A DNA stretch of 36,869 nucleotides from an uncultured Clostridia bacterium (GTDB taxonomy: Bacteria > Bacillota > Clostridia > TANB77 > CAG-508), in contig CANQZP010000003.1 in assembly GCA_947628395.1 (NCBI GenBank), positions 1 to 36,869 of the forward strand, in the 5' to 3' direction. Under the pieces are notes generated by a model, which saw only the letters and a program-made list of their open reading frames with translations, was not told where the DNA came from and did not search any database. Made by a program: the position numbers and the translations under genes. This document shows, piece by piece, positions 1 through 8,790 of this stretch; positions within the stretch are counted from its first letter, which is position 1; each line of letters begins with the position of its first letter.

Positions 1-112
1 GCATTAAACAGCCCTCATCGGTCCCCACAGCAAACAACCTTGAAAAATAGATGGAAATCCCTTCGCGCTGGTGTATTGTATAAAAAAATATATATGAACA
101 AGGAGGAAAGAA

Positions 113-1499
113 ATGAAACATAAGAATAAATTTATTGCAAAAGGTGTAGGAGCAGGCAGAAGGGCGGACACAAGTCCCGCCCCTACAAGATTTGTTAGAG
201 GAGAATCTGCTATTACATTGATTGCGCTGGTTATTACTATTATTGTTTTGTTGATTTTGGCTGGTGTGACGATTGCTATGGTGGTTGGTGATAATGGAAT
301 TTTAACTAGAGCAAAAGAAGCTAAGAGTGCGACTGAAATAGCAGAAGAGAATGAGAAAAGGGAGCTTGCAAGGGCAGAGGCTGCAATGAATATGGAAAAT
401 ACAACTTATGAAGGGATAACTATACCAGCAGGATTTGCACCAACAAGGATAGATGGGGAAAATAAGGTAGAAGATGGATTAGTTATAACAGATTCAGAAG
501 GAAATGAGTTTGTTTGGATACCATGGGAAGACATTACTGATGAAAAATATAAAGAAGCACAAGATATGGTAATAGATAAAAATTGGAGTCATAATGATGC
601 ATATGTATCAAATGGTGGAACTGATGGAAAAGGGTGGAGTGATGATTATTCGACTGATGACAAAAATATACTAGATAAACAATATACAGGAGAAAATGTT
701 CTTCCAACAGAAGATTGGATAAAGGAAAAACAAACAGATGTAGCAAAGACAAGTATAGTAAAATATAAAGGATTTTATGTAGCAAGATATGAAGCTGGAA
801 TTCCGAAAGAGGCTACTGGTTTTTATGTATTACCTGATGAAAAGGAAAATTTAACATATACAATTGATGGAAGAGGAAATATTGGAGAGACTAATAAAAT
901 AAAAAGCTTGTCACCAGTAAGTAAAAAAGGAGTACAAGCTTGGAACTTTATAACACAGCCAAATGCAAAACTTGTGGCAGAAAATATGTATGCAGGAAGT
1001 AGTAGTGTAGGAAGTTACTTAATAGATTCTGGAGCATGGAATCATATATGTGATGGAATATTTAATGGTCGAGATGAAAGTAAAAGTATAACAAATTCAA
1101 GTAATTGGGGAAATTATAAAGATAATAAAACTACAAATTATAATGCTATAGAAGGGTTATGGGCACAGCATGAATATGTCAGTTCATGGGGCTATGCTTC
1201 AGATTACAATAATGGAAAAGTAAACTTGAACCCCGGAGGCACAAATAGAATAGAACTAGAAACAGGAGCAAGTGAAGATTTTAAAAATTATAATATATAT
1301 GATATGGCAGGAAATATGTGGGAATGGACAACTGCACATAACATAAATGAAACTAAAACTAATATGTTCGCTGTTCCGCGTGGCCGGTAGCTTCCATAAC
1401 AGCGGAACTAGCACCCCTGCAGTATGTGCACATGGTAATTTTCCTTCGAGTAACTATCTCATTGACGTTGGCTTTCGCGTTGTGCTTTATTTAAAATAA
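113..1499 (+). CDS. Type IV pilin-like N-terminus fused to an FGE-sulfatase/C-type-lectin-fold domain; needs a +1 shift at CGG 1385-1387 (~461 aa)
   Basis: RBS AGGAGG upstream; prepilin-like hydrophobic segment A/ITLIALVITIIVLLILAGVTI; NIYDMAGNMWEWT motif. Frame 0 ends VPRG-CGG-TAG at 1390. Skipping C1385 gives RGGSFHNSGTSTPAVCAHGNFPSSNYLIDVGFRVVLYLK* (stop 1497-1499), the typical RGGS...GFR C-terminus of this fold. Confidence 0.85.
146..186. repeat. GTAG-REP-like remnant inside the prepilin leader
   Basis: gtaggagcaggcagaagggcggacacaagtcccgcccctac; same family as the copies at 1785-1862, 7005-7029 and 19977-20001. Confidence 0.8.
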
Positions 1500-1516
1500 G
1501 AAATGCATTTTGACTT

Positions 1517-1540
1517 GTAGGGGCGATTTTAATCGCACGT
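1517..1540. repeat. GTAG-REP-like palindrome (GGGCGAT..ATCGCCC subfamily)
   Basis: gtaggggcgattttaatcgcacgt; one mismatch to 36721-36744. Confidence 0.75.
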
Positions 1541-1550
1541 ATATACAATT

Positions 1551-1591
1551 AAAAAAATCTATGCTCGATAAAAATGTGCATAGATTTTTTT
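1551..1591 (+). terminator. Probable intrinsic terminator
   Basis: aaaaaatctatgc ... gcatagatttttt inverted repeat followed by a T-rich tract, downstream of the first gene. Confidence 0.6.
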
Positions 1592-1600
1592 AATTTTTTA

Positions 1601-1630
1601 TTGACAATAGTAAGAAAAAGTGGTTATATA
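1601..1630 (+). promoter_or_regulatory. Putative sigma-A promoter for the Rpn-family gene
   Basis: TTGACA at 1601-1606, then TG and TATATA at 1625-1630 (18-bp spacer). Confidence 0.5.
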
Positions 1631-1784
1631 TAAGTGTATTTTAAATCAAAGGATTTTTAATTCCTAATTTTTTTTCTAAAAGAAAATCAAAAACAAAATT
1701 AAAAAATCAAATAGGAGGTGGTAAGTTAATTTTTCGTGCAAAAATAAAATATAAAAATATCAATAATCTTGTAAAGAAAAGAAT

Positions 1785-1862
1785 GTAGGGGCGGGCCTTG
1801 CGTCCGCCCAAAAGATTAAGAAAAAGACGAAAGAAAAGGGCAGAGACAAGCCCTGCCCCTAC
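1785..1862. repeat. Inverted pair of GTAG-REP-like units (REPIN-like) overlapping the Rpn 5' end
   Basis: gtaggggcgggccttgcgtccgccc, an A-rich spacer, then gggcagagacaagccctgcccctac. Confidence 0.85.
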
Positions 1863-2700
1863 AATACGTTTAAATTATTTTTTTGCTAAAAAAGGTAATG
1901 AAGAATTCCTAATTGATTTTTTAGAAGCTATTTTAAAGATAGATATAGAAAAAATAGAAATTAGGGAAGAGGTAAATTTAGAAAAACTAAAGAATGAAGA
2001 AAAAGGTGGAAGACTAGACTTGCAAGCAACACTGAATGATGGAATAATAGTGAATATAGAGCTGCAGATTAAGAATGAAAAAAATATAGAAAAAAGAAGT
2101 TTAGTGTATGCAGCAAAAACAATGTCAAGAGAAACAAAAGTAGGAACCAAATATAAAGATATAAAACAGGTAATAATGATAAATATATTAAATTATAAAA
2201 TGTTACCTTATGAAGAATATATATCAGAAACAGTAACAGTATTAAAAGAACATAGAGAATATGAAGCAGTAGAAGGTGTAAAGTGGTATTTCATAGAATT
2301 ACCGAAATTTAGGAAGGCAAAACCGGATATGAACGAAAAGCTAAATCAGTGGCTAGCGTTCATAGATGATAAAGATAGGGGGTTAATAGAAATGGCAGAG
2401 AAGAAGAATAAGACAATAGAAAAGGCTAGAGTAGAGATGGATTATTTAACAGGAGATGAGGAATTAGAAAGATTAGCAGAATTAAGAGAAAAGTGGGCAA
2501 TGGATTATGATAGTGGAATAAGTGATGCAAGAGAAGAAGGACGTACCGATGGGATAAAAATTGCACAGAAAAGAATGATAAAGAAATTGTTAAAAATAAA
2601 AATGCCATTAGAAGATATTGAAAAAGTTTCTGAATTATCTATGGAAGAAATTTTAAAGATAAAAGAAGAAATAAATCAAGAAGAAAATATTGATAATTAA
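1798..2700 (+). CDS. Rpn family recombination-promoting nuclease/putative transposase (PD-(D/E)XK); true start uncertain
   Basis: FFAKKGNEEFLIDFLEAIL, RLDLQA..NIELQ catalytic segment, YFIELPKF, LNQWLAFI, and a C-terminal AREEG..G..IAQKRMIKKLLK tail. The first ~22 aa are translated REP sequence. Confidence 0.85.
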   Translation: MRPPKRLRKRRKKRAETSPAPTIRLNYFFAKKGNEEFLIDFLEAILKIDIEKIEIREEVNLEKLKNEEKGGRLDLQATLNDGIIVNIELQIKNEKNIEKRSLVYAAKTMSRETKVGTKYKDIKQVIMINILNYKMLPYEEYISETVTVLKEHREYEAVEGVKWYFIELPKFRKAKPDMNEKLNQWLAFIDDKDRGLIEMAEKKNKTIEKARVEMDYLTGDEELERLAELREKWAMDYDSGISDAREEGRTDGIKIAQKRMIKKLLKIKMPLEDIEKVSELSMEEILKIKEEINQEENIDN

Positions 2701-2719
2701 AGCTAATATTATACTAAAG

Positions 2720-2783
2720 AGGACATCTTCAAAAAGTTTATACAAAAATCAGGAAAAAGGATGAGATTTTTTGAGGGTGTCCT
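2720..2783. terminator. Inverted repeat after the Rpn gene (possible terminator)
   Basis: aggacatcttcaaaaa ... tttttgagggtgtcct with a long loop. Confidence 0.4.
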
Positions 2784-2815
2784 GTTTGGTTTATAAAAGA
2801 GAAAGTTGGTAAAAA

Positions 2816-3596
2816 ATGCAAAGTGAAAATAAACAATTAGAAGCTAGTAAATTACTTATTGCTAAAATGAGGGATAAGGAAAAGCTTTGTAAAATAAAAA
2901 ATAAAATTACTTATACAGATTTTTTAGATATGTATCAAAAAAGTATTTTATTAAAAGAGATAAAAAATGATTATATTATTTTTGGTGGATATGATGGTGC
3001 TGAAAGAGAGATATTGTTATTTTATCCAGATAAAATTGAAAAAGATATTGCTAAAAAATATTTTTATAATTTATTAAAAGTTATAAGTATAACTCTTCCT
3101 AATGATTTAATAGGTGAGTATGAACATAGAGTTTATTTAAGTGGTATTATGAAGTTAGGTTTAGAAAGAGAGAAATTTGGAGATATTATTGTTTATAAAG
3201 AAGGTGCTGATATAATAACTTTTGAAGATAATATTCAGTATTTAATAAATGGATTAATGTCTCTAAAAAGATTTAGAAAATGTAATTTTGAAATAAAAGA
3301 TATATCTGAAATAGTGAGTAAGGAAGATGAATATGAAGAATTTTCTATTATTTTGCCATCAATGAGAATTGATAATTTTGTTTCAGAGATTGCTAGAGTT
3401 TCAAGAAATAGAGCAAATGAAATTATAGAAAGTCAAAGAGTTTTTATAAATTCTGAATTAGTGTTAAAATCATCAAAATTAGTAAATATAAGTGATATAA
3501 TTACAATTAGGGGAAAAGGAAAGTTTATTGTAGGAGAGATTTTGAGAAAAACTGAGAAGCGGAAAAAGTGTTTTAAATATAAAAAAGAGAAAATAA
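2816..3596 (+). CDS. ylmH: YlmH/Sll1252 family S4-domain RNA-binding protein; natural C-terminus requires a +1 shift at CGG 3560-3562 (~259 aa)
   Basis: YTDFLD, FGGYDGAER, HRVYLSGIMKLGLEREKFGDI, SMRIDNFVS..SRNRA, DIITIRGKGKF. Skipping C3560 gives KTEK-GKSVLNIKKRK* (stop 3594-3596), which resembles the family T-K-K-G-K/R end better than the frame-0 tail ending at 3610. Confidence 0.85.
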
Positions 3597-3649
3597 AACA
3601 TGCGCAATGAGATGTACCAATTGTGCAGTATTATAATGCAATTTTTTTG

Positions 3650-3678
3650 TTGCATAGTTTTTTGTATTTTGATATAAT
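3650..3678 (+). promoter_or_regulatory. Sigma-A promoter (extended -10)
   Basis: TTGCAT-17 bp-TATAAT with TG at 3670-3671, upstream of the ATG at 3717. Confidence 0.7.
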
Positions 3679-3716
3679 TTATCTTGTAAAATAAAAGTGT
3701 TGGGAGTTAGAATCTA

Positions 3717-5331
3717 ATGGATAAAGTAAAGCTTAAGTTTCATATATTGGCTGTAATTTGTATAGTTATTTTTTGTATAGCAATTTCGCCTAAAGAGCTT
3801 CAAAATGATACTTTTTATACTATAAGAATTGGTGAGTATATTACAGAAAATGGTATTCGGAAATTTAACTGAAGATCCTTTTTCTTGGCATGATTTAAGT
3901 TATACTTTTCCACATTGGTTGTATGATTTGGGGATTTATAATGTTTATAATTTGTTTGGATGGAACGGATTGTATGCTTCTACATTAGTTTTGGCTTCTA
4001 TTTTAGGATTGTCTATTTATTTCACGTCTAGTAAATTTTCTAAAAACCCTGGACTTTCCCTTATTTTTACTTTAATTGCTATGTATGTTATGAAGCCGTA
4101 TTTGGCAGTTAGAGCACAATTAGTAACTTTTATTTTGTTTGTTCTTACTATTTATTTTATAGAGAAATTTTTGGAGTCAAAAAAATTAAAATATGGACTG
4201 GTATTATTAGTAATACCTATTTTAATTGCTAATTTACATTTAGCTGTATGGCCATTTTATTTTGTTTTGTTTTTACCATATTTTGCCGAATATTTACTTT
4301 CTTCTAATTTATTTAGTTTTAATACTATTATTAAGATGAAGATTTTATTTTATAAGTTCATAGGTAAAAATGAAAAGATTGATGAACTTAATGAAAAGAT
4401 AGAGAAAAATAATATAATAAGAGAAAAATCAAAGAAAAATCCATACAAGTTGGAGATAAAAAAAATAGATAATGTGAAATATTTACTTTTGATTTTTTTA
4501 ATTGCTATATTTACAGGACTACTTACTCCTACTGGAGCTAGTACACCTTATACTTATTTATATAAGACTTTTATTGGAAATAGTACAAGTGTAATTAATG
4601 AACACTTACCACTTACTTTAGTCCAAAGCCCAGAATTTTGTTTTACTTTAATTGTTTGTTTTGCAATTTTAATTTTTACAGATATTAAAATAAGATTAAA
4701 AGATTTCTTATTTTTTGCAGGTTTACTGTATCTTTCATTTAAAACTAAAAGACAGATTTCAATGTTTACTTTAATTTGTTATCCTATATTTATTAAGTTA
4801 ATTGCTAATTTATTTGAAAGACAGGATAAAAAATTTGCAGAAAAATTAATGAAGTTTTTTACTAACTGGTTTGGAGCTACAGTTACATTAGGTTTTATTA
4901 TAATATTAGGATTATATTTATATAAGCCTCAGGTAAATAGCAAATATATAAATGATACTCAGTATCCTGTGGAGGCTTCAAAATGGATAAAGGAAAATTT
5001 AAATTTAGATGAAATAAGATTATTTAATGAATATAATTATGGTAGTTATTTATTATATGAAGGAATTCCTGTTATGATTGATTCTAGATGTGATTTATAT
5101 ACACCTGAGTTTAATACAAAGACAGGAAATCCCGAAGATGGAACTGATATTTTTATGGATGTACAAAATGTAGTTACTTTATCAAAAGGTTATGAAAAAA
5201 TTTTTGAAAAATATGATATTACACATGTAATTTTATATAAAAATGCAAAATTAGCAGTACAGCTTAAAAGAGATTCAAAGTATAATAAATTGTATCAAGA
5301 TGATTATTTTATTATATTTGAGAGGAGATAA
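3717..5331 (+). CDS. Polytopic membrane protein, GT-C glycosyltransferase-like; +1 shift at CGG 3858-3860 (~537 aa)
   Basis: RBS GGGAG and ATG at 3717 give MDKVKLKFHILAVICIVIFCIAISPKELQNDTFYTIRIGEYITENGI, then CGG-A. Skipping the C continues GNLTEDPFSWH...HWLYDLG into ORF 3829-5331. Many TM segments; the first TM followed by an NDT loop is GT-C-like. Confidence 0.75.
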
Positions 5332-5333
5332 GG

Positions 5334-6260
5334 ATGTTAAAAAAAAGATATGTAATAACTGAAAATCATGCTCAGTTGAGGCTTGATAAAGTTATTATAT
5401 TAGAAGATGATTCGTTTTCTAGAATGGCAATTCAAAGGTTATTAGATGAGGGAAAAATTACTGTAAATGGAAAGATAGAAAAACAGTCATATAAAGTGAA
5501 AAAAGATGATGTTATTGAAATTATCTGCGATGAGCCTAAAGAGTCAGATGTAGTACCTGAGGATATTCCTCTTGATATTATTTATGAAGATGATGATATT
5601 GTTATTGTTAATAAAGAAAAAGGAATGGTAGTACATCCTGGTGCAGGTAATGAAAGTGGTACTTTAGTAAATGCTATTATGGCTAGATGTAAGGATTCTT
5701 TGTCTGGTATAGGTGGTAAAATAAGGCCTGGGATTGTTCATAGAATTGATAAAGATACTTCTGGTATTTTAATTATAGCTAAAAATGATAAAGCTCATAT
5801 TGATATTAGTAATCAGATTAAAGAGCATTTGGTAAAAAAGACTTATGTAGCTTTAGTCAGAGGTAGATTAAAAGAAAATGAGGCTACTATTGATATGCCA
5901 ATAGGTAGAAGTACTAAAGATAGAAAAAAGATGGCTGTAAATAAGAACGGAAAAAAAGCTGTTACTCATATTAAAGTGTTAAAGAAGTATGATGATTTTA
6001 CTTTTTTAGAAGTTCAAATAGAAACTGGTAGGACTCATCAAATTAGAGTTCATTTGGCAGAGATTGGTTTTCCTATTGTTGGTGATTATACATATTCAAA
6101 CGGAAAAAATCCTTTTGGTGTAGAAGGGCAAATGTTACATGCAAAAAAAATTGAATTTGTACATCCAACGACGAAGAAAAGAGTTTCTTTTGAAGCTCCT
6201 TTACCTAAATATTTTGAAGAAGTTCTTGAAAAAATAGATAATATTAAGAAAGGAATATAA
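5334..6260 (+). CDS. rluD: RluA/RluD family 23S rRNA pseudouridine synthase
   Basis: N-terminal S4 domain, VNKEKGMVVHPG, GIVHRIDKDTSG catalytic motif, TGRTHQIRVH. Confidence 0.92.
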   Translation: MLKKRYVITENHAQLRLDKVIILEDDSFSRMAIQRLLDEGKITVNGKIEKQSYKVKKDDVIEIICDEPKESDVVPEDIPLDIIYEDDDIVIVNKEKGMVVHPGAGNESGTLVNAIMARCKDSLSGIGGKIRPGIVHRIDKDTSGILIIAKNDKAHIDISNQIKEHLVKKTYVALVRGRLKENEATIDMPIGRSTKDRKKMAVNKNGKKAVTHIKVLKKYDDFTFLEVQIETGRTHQIRVHLAEIGFPIVGDYTYSNGKNPFGVEGQMLHAKKIEFVHPTTKKRVSFEAPLPKYFEEVLEKIDNIKKGI

Positions 6261-6264
6261 AATT

Positions 6265-6985
6265 TTGGAAGAGATGAGACTTCAGAAATTTCTTGCTCAG
6301 GCTGGTATTGCTTCTAGGCGAAGGTGCGAGGAGTTTATAGAGCATGGAAGAGTAAGTGTGAATGGAAAAGTAGTAACTGAGCTTGGAATAAAGGTAAATC
6401 CTGATGTTGATAAGATTGAATTTGAAGGTAAATTGCTTAGAATAGAAGATAAGAAAGTGTATATATTACTTAATAAACCTATTGGTTATGTTACAACTTC
6501 TGATGAACAGTTTGGAAGAGATAAGGTATTAGATTTAGTAAAGGTAAAAGAAAGAGTTGTTCCTGTTCGGAAGATTGGATATGTATACTTCTGGTGCACT
6601 AATTCTTTCTAATGATGGTGATTTTGTATATAAGGTTACTCATCCTAAACATGAAATTGAGAAAACTTATACTGTTACTGTAAAAGGTGAGGTTACTTCT
6701 GAAGAAATTGATATGTTGAGATGTGGAGTAGAGATTGAGCCAGGTGTTATAACAAGGAAAGCCAAAGTCAAAAGGATTATGTGGGATGAGGAAAATAATA
6801 AATCTAGGCTTGAAATTATTATTCATGAAGGAAAAAATAGGCAAGTTAGAAAAATGTGTGAGGCAATAGGGAAAAAAGTTTTGGCTCTTCATCGTTCAAA
6901 AATAGGAAATATTGATGTTAGGGATATTCCTTTGGGAAAATGGAGATACTTAAAGAAAGAGGAGATTGAATGGTTGTTAAAATAA
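6265..6985 (+). CDS. rluB: RsuA/RluB family pseudouridine synthase; +1 shift at CGG 6568-6570 (~239 aa)
   Basis: RLQKFLAQAGIASRR, LLNKPIGYVTT; cct gtt C gga aga ttg gat restores the catalytic PVGRLD motif; HEGKNRQVRKM. Joins ORFs 6265-6612 and 6557-6985. Confidence 0.92.
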
Positions 6986-7004
6986 AAATTGTTAGAACAG
7001 AAAA

Positions 7005-7029
7005 GGGCGGACGCAAGGCCCGCCCCTAC
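7005..7029. repeat. GTAG-REP-like unit
   Basis: gggcggacgcaaggcccgcccctac, an exact reverse complement of 1785-1809. Confidence 0.85.
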
Positions 7030-7095
7030 AAAGCCTCGTTTGATTGTATAAAAAATTAAAATATTATTAACGAAAGAAAAAGGAGAGAAGATACT

Positions 7096-7597
7096 ATGGA
7101 AAATTTTGATGGAATAAAATGGATTAGAGAAGAAGCAAAGCAAGGAGATATTTTAAATCGGAACTGTTAAAAATATTAAACCATTTGGAGCTTTTGTTGA
7201 AGTAGATAATGGTGTTGTAGGACTTTTACATATAGAAGATATTTCTGTTTCTAGGATAAAATCTCCTGAAGAAAGATTTTCTATTGGACAAAACATAAAA
7301 GTTATGGTAAAATCTATAGATAAGGACTTAAATAGAATTGAATTAACTCATAAAGAGCTTCTAGGTTCTTGGGAAGATAATATTATTTCTTATCATGAGG
7401 GTGAAAGAGTAAAGGGAATTATTAAAGAGCCTGATAAGAATAAGAATGGTATATTTATTGAGCTAAAACCTAATTTAGTTGGACTTGCTGAGTATAAAGA
7501 AGGTTATGAGTATGGTCAAGAAGTTGAGGTTTTTATTAAAAAGATTATAAAAGATAAGAAGAAAATTAAACTTCTTATATGTGACAACCTAAAATAA
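7096..7597 (+). CDS. Two-S1-domain RNA-binding protein; +1 shift at CGG 7159-7161 (~166 aa)
   Basis: RBS AGGAG and ATG at 7096; KQGDILN-C-GTVKNIKPFGAFVEVDNGVVGLLHIEDIS is a canonical S1 motif continuing into ORF 7304-7597, which holds a second S1 (GERVKGII..GIFIELKPNLVGL). Confidence 0.85.
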
Positions 7598-7620
7598 TAA
7601 TTTAAATAGGAGGTAAAAAA

Positions 7621-8556
7621 ATGGTTGAAGATGAAAAAATTAAGACGACTGTATCACCATTTGCTATGAAAGAAGGCGAAATTAAAAATTTTGATGGTAA
7701 GGATGGATATGTTTCGATTAATCAAATTATCCATAGAATGAACATTGGGCATATAACTGAAATACATTTTAAGATTTTGGAGCTTGTTAATGAATTTGAA
7801 TTCATGACTTCAAGACAGATTTATCAAATGCTACTTTATAAAAATGCTGATATAAAATCACAAGATAAGTTAAATAATAAATTAGAGCAATTAGTTAAGA
7901 CTAAAATTCTTACTAGATATTTCTTTTCAAATGAAGATGGAAAATGTATTTATCGTGTATATTGTTTAGAGAAGATGGGAAAATATTTACTAAATTCTAG
8001 AAATATAGAGTGTAAATGGCAACCTACTGATAACACTAAACCTGTTTCTATGATGAAGAAAAGATTAGCTGGAAATCAAATTATTATAGCATATTTAAGA
8101 AAGGTTAAGGCTTTTGACAAATATACTGTTAAACCTGCTTTAACTGCTAAAAAATTAGCTAAGGTTTTTAAAGCTAATGCTGGTGTTAGATTGACTAAGA
8201 ATAATGTTTCTATTGATTTTATTTTTGAAGTTGTAAGAAGAGAAGAGGATTGGGAACAAAAATTTATTGATAGAATGAAGTTGTATGAGGATTTTTATGA
8301 AGATTTTGTTCAGTTCGATTCTGGTTTTGAAAAAGTTCCTCAACTTATAATTGTTGCTGAAGATGAAAAACATATGGTTGAGATTTTTAAAGAGATTGTT
8401 ACTAAGAAAATAAATCTTAAAAATATTAAATTGTATTTTACTGATGATTTAAATCAGAATGCTACTACTTTGGATAAGTCTTTAGTAGAATTTACTACTG
8501 ATAAAACTACTGGAAAGTATAAGATGAATAATGTGGAAGTTAAATTATTAGGATAA
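7621..8556 (+). CDS. Replication-relaxation (Replic_Relax)-like protein, wHTH plus nuclease-like fold
   Basis: Strong RBS AGGAGG; ILELVNEFEFMTSRQIYQML..LNNKLEQLVKTKIL..VYCLEKMGKYLL pattern resembles this family (by-eye resemblance only). Confidence 0.55.
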   Translation: MVEDEKIKTTVSPFAMKEGEIKNFDGKDGYVSINQIIHRMNIGHITEIHFKILELVNEFEFMTSRQIYQMLLYKNADIKSQDKLNNKLEQLVKTKILTRYFFSNEDGKCIYRVYCLEKMGKYLLNSRNIECKWQPTDNTKPVSMMKKRLAGNQIIIAYLRKVKAFDKYTVKPALTAKKLAKVFKANAGVRLTKNNVSIDFIFEVVRREEDWEQKFIDRMKLYEDFYEDFVQFDSGFEKVPQLIIVAEDEKHMVEIFKEIVTKKINLKNIKLYFTDDLNQNATTLDKSLVEFTTDKTTGKYKMNNVEVKLLG

Positions 8557-8567
8557 TCTATAAATGC

Positions 8568-8595
8568 AAACGGTCTGCCAAACGGCAGACCGTTT
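8568..8595. terminator. Perfect hairpin, likely bidirectional terminator
   Basis: aaacggtctgcc-aaac-ggcagaccgttt, 12-bp stem. Confidence 0.8.
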
Positions 8596-8700
8596 ATTTA
8601 GCCTAAACAGTAAACTAAAATTGCAAACCCCTATTTTTTGACGTAAGTACCCTGAGGCAAAATAACTGTTTTGGCTAAATGTGGATAAAAAGTAACCACA
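8568..8700 (-). ncRNA. Candidate ~130-nt structured small RNA, family not recognised
   Basis: Minus-strand promoter at 8734-8706, short 5' hairpin (tgtgg..ccaca), long stem tttagccaaaacagt...actgtttaggctaaa, then the terminator hairpin; no ORF called here. Confidence 0.55.
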
Positions 8701-8705
8701 TTAAA

Positions 8706-8734
8706 ATTATAGTATCTTATTCAAAAAAAGTCAA
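8706..8734 (-). promoter_or_regulatory. Sigma-A promoter
   Basis: On the minus strand TTGACT (8734-8729)-17 bp-TATAAT (8711-8706). Confidence 0.7.
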
Positions 8735-8760
8735 TAGTATACATAAATATGAAATAAAAA

Positions 8761-8784
8761 AAAGGGCGATTAATAATCGCCCTT
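8761..8784. repeat. REP-derived palindrome that may terminate the VirD4-like gene
   Basis: aagggcgattaataatcgccctt, preceded by an A-run (a U-tract on the minus strand); same core as 35007-35029. Confidence 0.65.
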
Positions 8785-8790
8785 AAATAA

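Noticed and set aside
1-95. DGR template repeat, riboswitch or paralogous gene end at the window start
   Set aside because: GC-richer, with weak similarity (cttcgcgctggtgtattgtata) to 1472-1495, but truncated by the window edge and not alignable with confidence.
8680-8688. Replication origin suggested by a DnaA box
   Set aside because: Single box, with no cluster and no dnaA/dnaN context.
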